A stretch of DNA of 64,000 nt from an uncultured delta proteobacterium (GCA_963814585.1 CAWFDF010000004.1:448001-512000), one strand, 5' to 3'. Positions 40,290 to 51,529 are shown, counted from the stretch's first letter. Program-made: numbers and translations. Notes: generated by a model from the letters alone, not told the origin.

Positions 40290-42288
40290 GTGCCCAATGC
40301 GAGTCCCGAGCTGGCCGAGCGAGCGGTCAACACCATCCGCATGCTCTCGGCGGACGCCGTCCAGCAGGCCAACAGCGGCCACCCGGGCATGCCCATGGGC
40401 GCGGCCGACATGGCCTTCGTGCTCTGGACCAGGCACCTCCGCTTCGATCCGGCCGAGCCGCGCTGGCCCGGGCGCGACCGGTTCCTGCTCTCGGCCGGCC
40501 ACGGGTCGGCCCTGCTCTACTCGCTGCTCCACCTCCACGGCTTCGACTGCACGCTCGACGACCTGAGGCAGTTCCGCCAGCTCGGCTCCCGCACCGCGGG
40601 CCACCCGGAGTTCGGCCACCTCCCCGGCGTCGAGATCACCAGCGGCCCGCTCGGCCAGGGGTTCGCCAACGGCGTCGGCTTCGCGCTCGGCCAGGCCATG
40701 CTCTCGGCCAGGCTGGGGGCGGGCAACCCGCTGGCCGACCACGTCACCTACGCCATCGTCTCCGACGGCGACCTGATGGAGGGGGTGGCCTCCGAGGCGG
40801 CCAGCTTCGCCGGTCACCACCGGCTCGGCCGGCTCGTCTACCTCTACGACGACAACGGCATCACCATCGACGGGAACACCGGCATCACCTTCGCCGGCGA
40901 GGACGTCACCCGGCGCTTCGAGGCCTACGGCTGGCACGTGCAGTCGGTGGGCGGGCGCGACCACGCCGCCATCGACGGGGCCATCGAGGCGGCCAAGGCC
41001 GACCCGCGCCCGTCGCTCATCCGCGTCAAGACCGTGATCGGCTACGGGTCGCCCAGGAAGGCCGGCACCTCCGGCGCCCACGGCGCCCCGCTCGGCGACG
41101 AGGAGCTGAAGGCCACCAAGGAGGCGCTGGGCTGGCCGGTGGAGCCGCGCTTCCTGGTCCCCGACGACGTCCGCGCCTTCTTCGGCCAGGTGGTGGCCGG
41201 GAAGCAGGCGCAGAAGCGGGCCTGGGCCGGCGAAGGCCGACGCCTGGCGCACGCAGCACCCGGTCGAGTCGGCGCTGCTCGACGCCCACCTCACCCGCTG
41301 GGTGCCGGCCCGCATCCAGGACCGGCTGCTGGAGGCCGGCCCCGGCGCCGACGCCACCCGCAAGCTCTCGGCGGCCGCCCTCAACCTGGCGGCTCCCGTC
41401 GTGCCCTCGCTGGTGGGCGGCTCGGCCGACCTGGCCGAGTCGAACCTCACCGAGATCAAGGGGGCGGGCGGCTTCTCGCCCTCCAGGCCCGACGGGCGCA
41501 ACATCCACTTCGGCATCCGCGAGCACGCCATGGGGGCCATCGCCAACGGCCTCGCCTACGACGGGCTCCACATCCCCTTCGTCGCCACCTTCCTCCAGTT
41601 CGCCGACTACATGCGGCCGGCGGTGCGGCTGGCGGCGCTGGCCAGGCTCCAGGTCGTCTACGTCTGGACCCACGACTCGATCTTCCTCGGCGAGGACGGT
41701 CCCACCCATCAGCCCGTCGAGCACCTCACCTCGCTCCGCTGCATCCCCAACCTGCACGTGGTGCGGCCGGTGGACGGCGAGGAGGTGGCGGTCGCCTGGG
41801 CTCACGCCCTGACGCGGCGGGACGGCCCGACGGCGCTCGTCCTCACCCGGCAGAAGCTGGCGCCGGTGGTGCGCGACGGCGGCTTCGACGCCGCCAAGGC
41901 CGCCCGCGGCGGCTACGTGGTGTCGGCGCCGGCCGGGGCCCGCTTCACGGTGATCGCCACCGGCAGCGAGGTGCCGCTGGCCGCGGCGGCGCTGGAGCTG
42001 CTGGCGAGGCAGGGGCTCCCCGGCCGGCTGGTCTCCATGCCCTGCCTGCAGTGCTTCCAGGCGCAGGACCAGGCCTGGCGGGACGAGGTGATCCCGCCCG
42101 GACTCCCGGTCGCCGCGGTGGAGGCGGCGGTCGGGCTGGAGTGGTGGAAGCTGACCGGGCGCGACGGGCTGGTGATCGGCATCGACCGGTTCGGCGCCTC
42201 CGCCCCGGAGAAGGCCCTGGCCGACGCCTTCGGCTTCACGCCCACCAAGGTGGCCGAGCGGCTGGAGAAGTGGGCGAGGAGCCGCTAG
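40290..42288 (+). CDS. tkt: Transketolase; +1 frameshift at about 41229-41230
   Basis: [23 protein letters not shown] in the first frame; [35 protein letters not shown] in the second. Confidence 0.93.
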
Positions 42289-42298
42289 AACCAGATCC

Positions 42299-44698
42299 AT
42301 GCACAACGCCTCCCACCGGGCCGCCACGGCCACCCTCGCGCTCGCCCTCCTCGCCGCCTGTGGCGGCAAGAGCACGCCGACACCGACCCCCGGGCCGCTG
42401 GAGCTGGCCTGCGCGCTCTCGATGTCCGGTCCCGATCCGGTGGTCACCGTGGTCGGCCGGGCCACGACCACGGCCGGCCCTGGGGCCGCGCCCGTCGCGG
42501 TGTCGCTGTCCTTCCTTCCGGCGGGACAGACGCTGACCCTCTCCCCGCCGGGCTGGGTCGGCCAGGGCGAGTACCGGCCCCACTCGGGCGCCACCGGGAT
42601 GTCCGTCCAGGGCCAGGCCACCATCGACGGCCGCTCCGTGTCGGCCTCCTGCACGGCCACCAACCGCCTGGCGCTCTTCACGGCTCGCGCCACCGCCACC
42701 GCGACCGGCGCCGACCTGGCCTGGGAGCCGGTACCCGGTGCGGTGCGCTACCGCTGGACGCTGCGGGAGGGCACCGCCGGGCCGGTGGTGGCCTCGGCCG
42801 AGACCACCGCGACGTCGGCGTCGGTCACGGCGGCGCTCCTGGCGGGGAGCACCTACGTGCTCGAGGTGGGGGCCTACAGCCTGACCGGCACCGAGACCTC
42901 CTTCCCCACGCCGCTGGTCCCCCCGGCCGCCTCCTTCGCCCGCACCCCGATCACCGCCGGGAGGTCTGGCGGTGACGGCGTCTCCGCCTGGCAGCTCTTC
43001 GGCCCGGGCGACTACGTCGGCGACACGCTGCAGGTCGGCTTCCCCGCGCTGGCGAGCGGCGAGCGGCTGGCGGTCCTGCTGGCCAACGCCGGCGGCGACG
43101 ACGGCGGCTCCGCCAGCGTGAGCGTGGTCGGCACCGGCGCCGCCAGCCTGGCCGCGCCGACGCCGCTGCTGGCGGCGATGGCCGGCGGCGGCACGGGACG
43201 CCCGGCGGCGGCGGAAGAGGCCTTCGATCGCTCCGCCGCCCGGCGCGGCGAGGCGCTGGTGAGCGCCTTCCGCGAGGAGACCATCGCCAGGCTGCGCGAC
43301 GGCCGGCTCCAGCGGGTGACCGCGGCGCCGCCCCCGGGCCAGCGCCTGCTGGCCGCGGCCGCCGCCTTGCCCGCCACCCGGTCCTTCTGCCAGGCCCGGT
43401 GGAGCGACACCGGCACCACCATGGTCTGGCGGAGCGCCACGCTGGCCCATGAGACCGCCCACGCCGCCTTCTACTACGCCGACGAGGTGAAGCCGGGGAT
43501 CGACGCGGCGGTGGCCGCGCGCACGCCGCTCGCCCCGGCCGGCCAGGCGCCGTTCTGGGGCGAGCTCGGCGCCGCCTTCGAGACCAGGGTCTACCCGGCG
43601 CTCACCACCTACTTCGGCCCGATGAGCGACGTGGACGGCAACGGCAAGGTGATCTTCCTGCTGGCCGACCTGGGGAAGCAGGCGGGCGCCTTCGTCATGG
43701 GCTACTTCTCCCCCAGCGACATCGAGCTCGCGGCCGCCACCGCCACCAGCTGCCAGCTCGGCATGGGCGGCAACCGGGCCGACATGCTGGTCCTGCTCGA
43801 TCCGGGCCACTTCACCACCTACCTGGGCGGCACCGGGTCCAACTACGATCCGGCGCTCCAGGCCATCGTCGAGGGCGACTACCCGGGCGTCATGGCCCAC
43901 GAGCTCCAGCACGACGTCAACTACAACACGCACTGCCCGGCCGGCGCCGCCTGCAGCCTGGACGAGGAGCTCTGGCTCAACGAGGGGCTCTCCATGCTCT
44001 CCGAGACGGTGGCCGGCTACGGGCTCCACGACGCGTCGGGCCGCGCCAGCGTGCGGAGCTACCAGGGGGGCACCGACGGCAAGAGCGGGCTCCCCTACTA
44101 CCAGGCCTACGGCATGACCATCTGGCAGGGCGATCCCACCGGCAACTACGCCGGCGTCCAGGCCTACATGCAGTACCTGCTCGACCACGCCTCGCCGGCC
44201 CTCACCCAGGCGCTCCACAACAGGTGGCAGGCCGGCAAGGCCAACGTCGAGGCGGCCACCGGGGAACCGTGGGAGGTCGGCTTCTCCCGCTTCATCACCG
44301 CGGCGATGTTCTCCAACGAGGACACCGCGGAGCCCAACGGCGCGCTCGGGGCCATCACCTCGGCCGGCAGCCGGCTCGCCGCGCCGGCCTTCAACTTCCT
44401 CGGCGACGGTGTGGCCGCGGACTACGTCCCGTGGCACCGCTACGTCGGCTACTGCACCAGCGGCGGCGTGCAGACGCCCAAGGATCGCACCGCCTACGTG
44501 GCCTTCACGCCGCTGTCTCCCGGCGCCAGCGCCAGCGCCACGCTCCGCCGCGACGGCTGGGCTGCCTTCGCCACCGGCCCGGGGACGGGCGGCGCCGCCA
44601 CCATCAGGGTGCAGAGCCTGGCCTCCTCCCGCCCGCACGTGGTGGTGGTGAAGTACGCGGGGGCGCTCCCCAACTACGTGGCTCCGACCTGCCCGTAG
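42299..44698 (+). CDS. Large lipoprotein with M30-like zinc metallopeptidase domain
   Basis: Lipobox [30 protein letters not shown]...WLNEGLS. Confidence 0.75.
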   Translation: MHNASHRAATATLALALLAACGGKSTPTPTPGPLELACALSMSGPDPVVTVVGRATTTAGPGAAPVAVSLSFLPAGQTLTLSPPGWVGQGEYRPHSGATGMSVQGQATIDGRSVSASCTATNRLALFTARATATATGADLAWEPVPGAVRYRWTLREGTAGPVVASAETTATSASVTAALLAGSTYVLEVGAYSLTGTETSFPTPLVPPAASFARTPITAGRSGGDGVSAWQLFGPGDYVGDTLQVGFPALASGERLAVLLANAGGDDGGSASVSVVGTGAASLAAPTPLLAAMAGGGTGRPAAAEEAFDRSAARRGEALVSAFREETIARLRDGRLQRVTAAPPPGQRLLAAAAALPATRSFCQARWSDTGTTMVWRSATLAHETAHAAFYYADEVKPGIDAAVAARTPLAPAGQAPFWGELGAAFETRVYPALTTYFGPMSDVDGNGKVIFLLADLGKQAGAFVMGYFSPSDIELAAATATSCQLGMGGNRADMLVLLDPGHFTTYLGGTGSNYDPALQAIVEGDYPGVMAHELQHDVNYNTHCPAGAACSLDEELWLNEGLSMLSETVAGYGLHDASGRASVRSYQGGTDGKSGLPYYQAYGMTIWQGDPTGNYAGVQAYMQYLLDHASPALTQALHNRWQAGKANVEAATGEPWEVGFSRFITAAMFSNEDTAEPNGALGAITSAGSRLAAPAFNFLGDGVAADYVPWHRYVGYCTSGGVQTPKDRTAYVAFTPLSPGASASATLRRDGWAAFATGPGTGGAATIRVQSLASSRPHVVVVKYAGALPNYVAPTCP

Positions 44699-44799
44699 CG
44701 GCGGGGCGCGCCGCCCCGCTCCCCGGACCCGAAACGCGAACCGGCGCGACCGCTCGTGGCGATCGCGCCGGATCCACTACAGGGCGATGCGTCCTGCCG

Positions 44800-45126
44800 T
44801 CAGCGCATGGCGGGCTGGGCCGCCGGGGCCTGGACGGCCGGCAGCGGACGGCGCTCGATCTTCTCGCCGTTGGCGAGCATCTTGAGCGAGAGCGAGAGCA
44901 GGCTGGCCAGCAGCTCGCCCGAGCCCGGCACGTCGAGCTTCCGGTAGATCCGCTTGCGCCGCGCCCGGATGGTCTCGGGCGAGACGCCGGCCGCCGCCGC
45001 CGAGTCCTTGCACGCGAAGCCCTGCGCGATGCGCAGCACCTCGGCGCGCTCGGCGGGCGTGAGCGTGGAGCCTTCCATGAAGCGGGCCGCGAACGGAGTG
45101 AGAATCTCGATGTCGATCTGAGCCAT
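44800..45126 (-). CDS. Small LuxR-type HTH regulator
   Basis: LTPAERAEVLRIAQG...AGVSPETIRARRKRIYRKLDV. Confidence 0.8.
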   Translation of the reverse strand: MAQIDIEILTPFAARFMEGSTLTPAERAEVLRIAQGFACKDSAAAAGVSPETIRARRKRIYRKLDVPGSGELLASLLSLSLKMLANGEKIERRPLPAVQAPAAQPAMR

Positions 45127-45388
45127 GGTGTTACCCCCGACTAGGTGGCCCCGTTGGTCGGAGCCGTGTCTCCGGTCCCACCCCACTCAAGGCGTCGAGC
45201 AATCATCCTCGGCGCCCCCCCAGGGACGAACTCGGTATCCCACACGTTAATACCGACCCAAGCGGTTGCCACCCCCCTGTGGTGCTTTTTTCCCAAATCA
45301 TTGATGTTATGGATCTTTTTCGGGGCGCGATCGAGCCAACCCCATTGGGTCCTGTGGCGTACCCGGACGGGAAGCTCCCCTTGGGGCG

Positions 45389-46285
45389 TCACCCGATCGA
45401 GATCCGGTCTCGCCGCCTGGGCGGCTCCGCGGACTCGGCGCGGTCACCGCCGGCCTCTCTCGCACGCGTCAGCGCCTCGGTGGCCCGCTTCACCAGGGCC
45501 CCGAACGAGATCGTGCCGTGGCCCTCGTGGCTCGCCAGCCCGACGCTGACCGTGATCGGGATGGTGCTCGACCGCTCCCGGACCCGGGCGCAGATCCGCC
45601 GCGCCACCTGGAGGCCTCCGGTGGTGGCGGTGTGCGGCATCAGCACCACCAGGCGATCGTCGCTGAAGGGGACGCTGATGTCGATGTCGCGAACGGCCCG
45701 GGCCGCCACGCCGGCCAGCTCGCCGAGCAGCGTGGCCCGGGCGCGCGGCCCGAGCTGCTGGCTCAGCCCGTCCCAGCGATCGACCGAGACCAGCGCCAGC
45801 GAGAGCGGGAAGCCGTAGCGGCGCGAGCGCTTCACCTCGACGAAGAGGAGCCGCTTCAGGAAGGTGAGATCATGCGCGCCCGAGGCCACCCGCGGCGCCT
45901 CGGCGCGCCGGGGCTCGGCCAGCTGCCGACGCGCCTGGGTCAGGCGGGCGGCCAGCGCGCAGGTGCCCATCACCTGGACCGGCGTGAGCGGGCCGACCAG
46001 CACGCCGTCGGCGCCGAGCGAGCCCGGGGAGCCCGCCGCCTCCTCCTCGTCGAAGTAGAGCACCACCACCGCCAGGCCCGGGTCGACCCTCCGGAGCCCC
46101 TCCACCACCGCCTCGGCCCCGGCCGCCGCCCGGACCAGCGCCACCACGTGGCGGGCGGGATCGACGGTGGCCGCGGCGGAGTCCGGGGGCACGACGTCGA
46201 CACCGAAGCCGGACGGCTCGAGGCCCCTGAGCAGGGCGGAGACCACCGGCTTCGACTCGATTGCGACGAGGACGCGCCCGGCCAT
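45389..46285 (-). CDS. Receiver-like plus degenerate GGDEF protein
   Basis: EVKRSRRYGFPLSLALVSVD, RDID-ISVPF-SDDRL, ITVSVGLA, LVKRATEAL. Confidence 0.8.
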   Translation of the reverse strand: MAGRVLVAIESKPVVSALLRGLEPSGFGVDVVPPDSAAATVDPARHVVALVRAAAGAEAVVEGLRRVDPGLAVVVLYFDEEEAAGSPGSLGADGVLVGPLTPVQVMGTCALAARLTQARRQLAEPRRAEAPRVASGAHDLTFLKRLLFVEVKRSRRYGFPLSLALVSVDRWDGLSQQLGPRARATLLGELAGVAARAVRDIDISVPFSDDRLVVLMPHTATTGGLQVARRICARVRERSSTIPITVSVGLASHEGHGTISFGALVKRATEALTRAREAGGDRAESAEPPRRRDRISIG

Positions 46286-46313
46286 CGCCACCCAATGTAT
46301 CATCGCCGGCGAC

Positions 46314-48038
46314 GTGGCCCCCGCTCGAATCGCCCTCGCCCAGATCGACCCGACCGTCGGGGACTTCGACGGCAACGCCGCGCTCGTCCGGCGCGCCGCC
46401 GAGCGGGCCCGCGCCGCCGGCGCCTCGCTGGTGATCCTCCCCGAGCTGGCCCTGTGCGGCTACCCGCCGCGGGACCTGCTCGACCTCCCCGAGTTCCTCG
46501 ACCGCGCCGCCGGCGCGCTCGCCGCGCTGGCCGCTCCGGCCGAGTGGTCGCGCGGCCTCTCCCTGCTGGTCGGCTTCCCGGAGCGCGTCGACGGCAGCCC
46601 CCCGCCCGGGCTGATGAACTCGGTGGCGCTCATCGAGGGCGGGCGCGTCGCCGCGGTCGGCCGCAAGTCCCTGCTGCCCAGCTACGACGTCTTCGACGAG
46701 ACCCGCTACTTCCTGCCCGCCGGGGCCGCCACCGTGGCGACCCTCGCGGGGTCCGACGTCCCGCTCGGCCTCTCGGTCTGCGAGGACGTCTGGAACGACG
46801 AGCGCTTCTGGCTGCGGCCGCGCTATGGGCGGGACCCGGTGGCCGAGCTGGTGGCCGGCGGCGCGGGCCTGGTCGCCAACGTCTCGGCCTCGCCGTACGC
46901 GCTCGGCAAGCCGGCGCTCCGCGAGCGGATGCTGGCCACCGCCGCCGCCGGTCACGGCGTGGCCATCGCCTACGTCAACCAGGTCGGTGGCAACGACGCC
47001 CTCATCTTCGACGGCGGCTCGATGCTGGTGGCCGCCGATGGGGCGGTGCTGGCGCGAGTCCCGCCCTTCGAGGAGGCGGTGCTGGCCGTCGACCTCGACG
47101 GTGGCCGGCAGGTCCTCACCGGCCTGGACGGGCGCCCGCTGGCCACGCCCTCGGGTCACGCCCAGGACGCGCCTCCCGGGGCGCCGGACGGTGACGCCGA
47201 CGAGCTCTTCCGGGCCCTGACGCTGGGCGTCCGCGACTACGTCCGGAAGTGCGGCTTCCGCTCCGCCGTGGTCGGCCTCTCGGGCGGCATCGACTCGGCC
47301 CTGACCGCGTGCCTCGCCGCCGCGGCGCTGGGGCCCGCGCAGGTGCTGGGCGTCGGCATGCCGTCCCGCTACAGCTCGTCGCACAGCCGCGAGGACGCCC
47401 GGGCCCTGGCCACCGCCCTCGGCATCGACTACCAGGAGATCCCCATCGAGCCGATGCACGCCGCGTTCCTCCGCCAGCTCGAGCAGGCCCTGGGGAGGCC
47501 CCTCGGTGACCTCGCCGAGCAGAACGCCCAGGCGCGCATCCGCGGCCAGGTGCTCATGGCCCTCTCCAACGACACCGGTGGGCTGGTCCTCTCCACCGGC
47601 AACAAGAGCGAGCTGGCGGTCGGCTACTGCACCCTCTACGGTGACATGGCCGGTGGCCTGGCGGTGATCGGCGACCTGCCCAAGGGGCTGGTCTACCGGG
47701 TGGCGCGCGCCGCCAATGCCCGGGCCGGGCAGGCGCTCATCCCGGAGCGCACCTTCACCAAGCCACCCTCCGCCGAGCTGAAGCCGGGGCAGGTGGACCA
47801 GGACACGCTCCCGCCCTACGACGTGCTCGACGACATCCTCCTCGCCTACCTCGAGGAGCGCCGCCCCTTCGACGAGATCGTGGCCAGGGGCCACCCGGTC
47901 GAGACGGTGCGGCGGGTGCTGCGGCTGGTGGTGGGGAGCGAGTACAAGCGACGGCAGGCGGCGCCGGTGCTCAAGGTGTCGGAGAAGGCCTTCGGCGAGG
48001 GGCGTCGGCTGCCCATCGCCCATGGCTTTCGTCATTGA
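46314..48038 (+). CDS. nadE: Glutamine-dependent NAD+ synthetase
   Basis: Nitrilase domain PELALCGYPPRDL, KSLLPSYDVFDE, CED; SGGIDS, NAQARIR, TGNKSE, PSAEL. Confidence 0.95.
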   Translation: MAPARIALAQIDPTVGDFDGNAALVRRAAERARAAGASLVILPELALCGYPPRDLLDLPEFLDRAAGALAALAAPAEWSRGLSLLVGFPERVDGSPPPGLMNSVALIEGGRVAAVGRKSLLPSYDVFDETRYFLPAGAATVATLAGSDVPLGLSVCEDVWNDERFWLRPRYGRDPVAELVAGGAGLVANVSASPYALGKPALRERMLATAAAGHGVAIAYVNQVGGNDALIFDGGSMLVAADGAVLARVPPFEEAVLAVDLDGGRQVLTGLDGRPLATPSGHAQDAPPGAPDGDADELFRALTLGVRDYVRKCGFRSAVVGLSGGIDSALTACLAAAALGPAQVLGVGMPSRYSSSHSREDARALATALGIDYQEIPIEPMHAAFLRQLEQALGRPLGDLAEQNAQARIRGQVLMALSNDTGGLVLSTGNKSELAVGYCTLYGDMAGGLAVIGDLPKGLVYRVARAANARAGQALIPERTFTKPPSAELKPGQVDQDTLPPYDVLDDILLAYLEERRPFDEIVARGHPVETVRRVLRLVVGSEYKRRQAAPVLKVSEKAFGEGRRLPIAHGFRH

Positions 48039-48049
48039 AGGGGGAACCC

Positions 48050-48832
48050 ATGGCGAAGCGCAGGGGCGGGCACGGCCGCACGCGGGCCACCACGACCACC
48101 GCCGTCGAGCTGGAGGTCTACCCGCCGGGGACGATCGATCTCGAGCGCGTCGACCTGGCGGCCGACGTGGCCACCGGCGAGTACGAGGAGCGGCTGGGCG
48201 AGCTGCAGCAGCAGGCCTTCGCCCTGCAGATCCGCGGCTTCCTCCGCGGGGAGCGCACCATCGTGGTCTTCGAGGGGTGGGACGCCGCCGGGAAGGGTGG
48301 CTGCATCAAGCGGCTCACCGCCGAGATGGACCCTCGCGGCTACAAGGTCTGGCCCATCGCGGCCCCTCGCGACGAGGACGTCCGCAACCACTGGCTCTGG
48401 CGCTTCTGGCGCCGGCTGCCCGAGCGGGGCGAGCTCTGCGTCTTCGACCGGAGCTGGTATGGCCGGGTCCTGGTGGAGCGCGTCGAGGGCTACGCCAAGG
48501 CGCACGAGTGGCGCCGCGCCTTCGACGAGATCAACGCCTTCGAGCGGACCCTCACCGCCGACGGCGTCCGGATGGTGAAGATCTTCCTGCACATCGACCA
48601 GCGGGAGCAGAAGCGCCGCTTCGCCGAGCGCGAGGAGATGGAGGCCAAGCGCTACAAGATCGGCCCCGACGACTGGCGCAACCGGAAGAAGTGGCCGCGC
48701 TACGAGGTCGCCATCCGGGAGATGCTGGACCGGACCCACCGGCCCGACGCCCCCTGGGTGCTGGTGGCCGCCAACTCCAAGCGCCACGCCCGGCTCGAGG
48801 TGCTGCGGACGGTCATCGAGCTGCTCACCTGA
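48050..48832 (+). CDS. Polyphosphate kinase 2 family protein
   Basis: FEGWDAAGKGG, MDPRG, FDRSWYGRVLVERVE, DWRNR. Confidence 0.92.
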   Translation: MAKRRGGHGRTRATTTTAVELEVYPPGTIDLERVDLAADVATGEYEERLGELQQQAFALQIRGFLRGERTIVVFEGWDAAGKGGCIKRLTAEMDPRGYKVWPIAAPRDEDVRNHWLWRFWRRLPERGELCVFDRSWYGRVLVERVEGYAKAHEWRRAFDEINAFERTLTADGVRMVKIFLHIDQREQKRRFAEREEMEAKRYKIGPDDWRNRKKWPRYEVAIREMLDRTHRPDAPWVLVAANSKRHARLEVLRTVIELLT

Positions 48833-48898
48833 CCGGCCCGGCGATTCCGGTGGCGCCTCGCCGCGGCCACGCTAGATCGGGGGCCGGGAGAACCAACC

Positions 48899-49342
48899 AT
48901 GCTCGCCTCGCTCCGCTTCCTCCACGTCCTCTCCATCGCCGCCTGGCTCGGCGCCACGCTCTGGCTGGCCGGCGATGCCCGGCGAAGCCTGGCGGCCGGC
49001 CCCGACGCCGCCCGGTCCTTCTTCGAGCGGGCCGCGCGCGCGCTCCAGGTCGACCGCCTGGCCGGCCTGGCCACCATCCTCACCGGCGCCGCCATGCTCC
49101 ACGTGACCAAGATCTGGGCGGCGCTCCCCGCCTCGCTGATCGTCGGGATGGCGCTGGGCGTGGCCCGCTACGGCCTCACCGACGCCGCGCTGCGCCCGGC
49201 GGTCCGGAGACTCTCGGCGCGGCTGGAGGCCGGCGAGGCCCCGGGGACGCTGCTGCCGGTCGCCGGGCGGCTCGCCATGCTCTCCGGCATCGGCCACCTG
49301 CTCTGGCTGGGCGCGCTGGCGGGGATGATCGCCACGACCTGA
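48899..49342 (+). CDS. Four-TM hypothetical membrane protein
   Basis: LRFLHVLSIAAWLG start; four hydrophobic segments. Confidence 0.75.
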   Translation: MLASLRFLHVLSIAAWLGATLWLAGDARRSLAAGPDAARSFFERAARALQVDRLAGLATILTGAAMLHVTKIWAALPASLIVGMALGVARYGLTDAALRPAVRRLSARLEAGEAPGTLLPVAGRLAMLSGIGHLLWLGALAGMIATT

Positions 49343-49387
49343 TCGCGCGGCCTTCAGGCCGCGCCATCCGTCACTCCCAGGACGTGG

Positions 49388-49865
49388 GTCCCGCCTGCGG
49401 TGACGGCGCCGCCCGAGGCCTCGATCCCGAGCAGGACCTGCGCACAAGCGCCCTCCGTGCTCCCGGCCCTTCGCGGTCGCGGCCCTTCGCGCCGGAGCGC
49501 GGTCCCCCATCGTGCTCGTCCCGCCTTCGGCGCGCCCTCTCGCCAGCTGCGATTCCGCCTGGGCGAGCGTCTTGAGGCTGCGAGGCTCGCACTCTGGGTG
49601 ACCGCGCCCCGGCGCTTCGGTGCCGCTCTCCCGGCGCCATCGAGAGGCTCCCGGGGAGCGGCGGGGCTCCGCCGCGACCAGGGGAGCCGATTCGCGTCAC
49701 CGGGTGGCTCCCGGGAGCGGCGGGGCCCTGCCGGTCGGGAGCGAGCCGCGCAGCCCCAGCAGCGTTCGCCGGATCGGACCGGCCACTGGCGAGCGGGCGC
49801 GCCGCAGGCGGGACGAGCTCCCCGGCCCGGCGGGGCTCCGCCGCGACCTGGGGAGCCGATGCGCG
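49388..49865. repeat. Intergenic mosaic of inverted and direct repeats
   Basis: Inverted repeat 49514-49546/49786-49818 (31/33); direct repeat 49659-49696/49828-49865 (36/38). Confidence 0.75.
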
Positions 49866-50055
49866 CTACCAGAGCCTGAGCACCGCGGCGGCCACCAGCC
49901 ACGCCGGCGCGCCGAAGAGCAGCATGCGCCACCCAGGCGAACTGGAGGAGCCGGCGGCGGCCCGGCGGGTGGGTGGGGAGCCTGGCCCAGGCTCGCACGG
50001 CGCCGGCGGCGAAGCCGAGCAGGAGCAGGGGCGCGAGCAGGAGGAGGAAGTTCAC
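49866..50055 (-). CDS. Small two-TM protein; probable +1 frameshift near 49927
   Basis: MNFLLLLAPLLLLGFAAGAVRAW...QFAWVA then MLLFGAPAWLVAAAVLRLW* in the shifted frame. Confidence 0.5.
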
Positions 50056-50157
50056 GGGGACCTGGGGCAGCTGAGCCGCGGGGCCGCGGGGCGTCTCGTA
50101 GGCGGGAGGAGGTGACACGTCCTGCGGCGGCGGGGCCAGAGGCCCGCGCCGTCGCGA

Positions 50158-50721
50158 CTAGATCTGCATCACGTCCTTCTCCTTGGCGGCCACGATGAGG
50201 TCGACGTTCTTGACGCCCTCGTCGGTCTCCTTCTGCACCTTCTCCAGCGACTTCTTCACCTCGTCGGCGGAGCAGTCACCGTCCTTCTCGGCCACCTCGA
50301 GCAGCTCCTTGGCGTCGCGCCGCTCGTTGCGGATCGACACCTTGAACTCCTCGCCCTTGTGCTTCACCTGCTTGACGATCTCGCGGCGCCGCTCCTCGGT
50401 GAGGGCCGGGATGGGGATGCGGACCATGTCCTTGTCGGACATCGGGTTGAAGCCGAGGTTGGCGTCGCGGATGGCCTTCTCGATCACCGGGATGAGCGTC
50501 TTCTCCCAGGGCTTGGCCACGATCAGCCGCGGCTCGGGCACCGAGAGCGTGGCCACCTGGTTGAGCGGCGTGGCGGTGCCGTAGTAGTCGACCCGCACCC
50601 CGTCGAGCATGTGCAGCGAGGCCCGCCCGGTCCGGACCGTGGCCAGCTCGCCCTTGAGGGCCTCCAGCGTCCTGGCGATGGTGGCGTGCAGCTCCTTGAC
50701 GACGTCGTCGGCGACGCTCAT
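50158..50721 (-). CDS. frr: Ribosome recycling factor
   Basis: VRTGRAS, VDYYG, PALTEERR, IRNERRDA. Confidence 0.97.
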   Translation of the reverse strand: MSVADDVVKELHATIARTLEALKGELATVRTGRASLHMLDGVRVDYYGTATPLNQVATLSVPEPRLIVAKPWEKTLIPVIEKAIRDANLGFNPMSDKDMVRIPIPALTEERRREIVKQVKHKGEEFKVSIRNERRDAKELLEVAEKDGDCSADEVKKSLEKVQKETDEGVKNVDLIVAAKEKDVMQI

Positions 50722-50741
50722 GGCCTTCTCCTCGGGGGGCG

Positions 50742-51491
50742 CTAGCGCCCGGTGGCGCGACTGACCGTGGTGCCGATCTCCTCGCCCAGCACCACCCGGC
50801 GGACGTTGCCGCGGACGGTGGAGTCGAAGACGATGATGGGCAGGTCGTTGTCCATGCAGAGGCTGATGGCGGTGGAGTCCATCACCTTGAGGTTCTTCTT
50901 GAGCACGTCGATGTAGCTGAGGTGCTTGAACTTGGTGGCGGACGGGTTCTTCTTGGGATCGTCGGTGTAGACGCCGTCCACCTTGGTCGCCTTGAGCAGC
51001 ACGTCGGCGTCGATCTCCATGGCGCGCAGGCTGGCGGCGGTGTCGGTGGTGAAGTAGGGGTTGCCGGTGCCGGCGGCGAAGATGACCACGCGCCCCTTCT
51101 CCAGGTGGCGGATGGCGCGGCGGCGGATGTACGACTCGGCCACCTGGTGCATCTCGATGGCGGACTGGACGCGGGTCTCGACCCCGATCCGCTCCAGCGC
51201 GTCCTGCAGCGCCATCGAGTTGATCACCGTGGCCAGCATGCCCATGTAGTCGGCGCTGCTGCGGTCCATCCCCTCGGTGGCGCCGCTGACGCCGCGGAAG
51301 ATGTTGCCGCCGCCGATGGTGAGCGCCACCTCGACCCTCAGGTCGACGCAGTCCTTCACGTCCTGCGCGATGGCCTGCAGCGTCTTCGGCGAGATGCCGT
51401 ACTTGCCCTCGCCCATGAGCGCCTCGCCCGAGAGCTTCAGCAGGATGCGCTTGTAGCGGGACTTCGACTTCTCGGGTCGCTCGCTGGGCAT
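50742..51491 (-). CDS. pyrH: UMP kinase
   Basis: [41 protein letters not shown]. Confidence 0.98.
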   Translation of the reverse strand: MPSERPEKSKSRYKRILLKLSGEALMGEGKYGISPKTLQAIAQDVKDCVDLRVEVALTIGGGNIFRGVSGATEGMDRSSADYMGMLATVINSMALQDALERIGVETRVQSAIEMHQVAESYIRRRAIRHLEKGRVVIFAAGTGNPYFTTDTAASLRAMEIDADVLLKATKVDGVYTDDPKKNPSATKFKHLSYIDVLKKNLKVMDSTAISLCMDNDLPIIVFDSTVRGNVRRVVLGEEIGTTVSRATGR

Positions 51492-51500
51492 GGTCCGCGG

Positions 51501-51529
51501 TTTCTATGTCAGGGTGGTGGGTCGGTCAA
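51501..51529 (-). promoter_or_regulatory. Sigma70-type promoter of pyrH, nearly leaderless
   Basis: TTGACC-N17-TAGAAA, 9 nt before the ATG, no SD. Confidence 0.6.

Noticed and set aside
41200..41260. Programmed frameshifting in tkt or glnK
   Set aside because: No slippery heptamer or stimulatory structure is evident, and scattered single-base indels across unrelated genes point to sequence error.
49388..49865. CRISPR array
   Set aside because: Only two copies per repeat, mixed orientation, no regular spacers and no cas genes.
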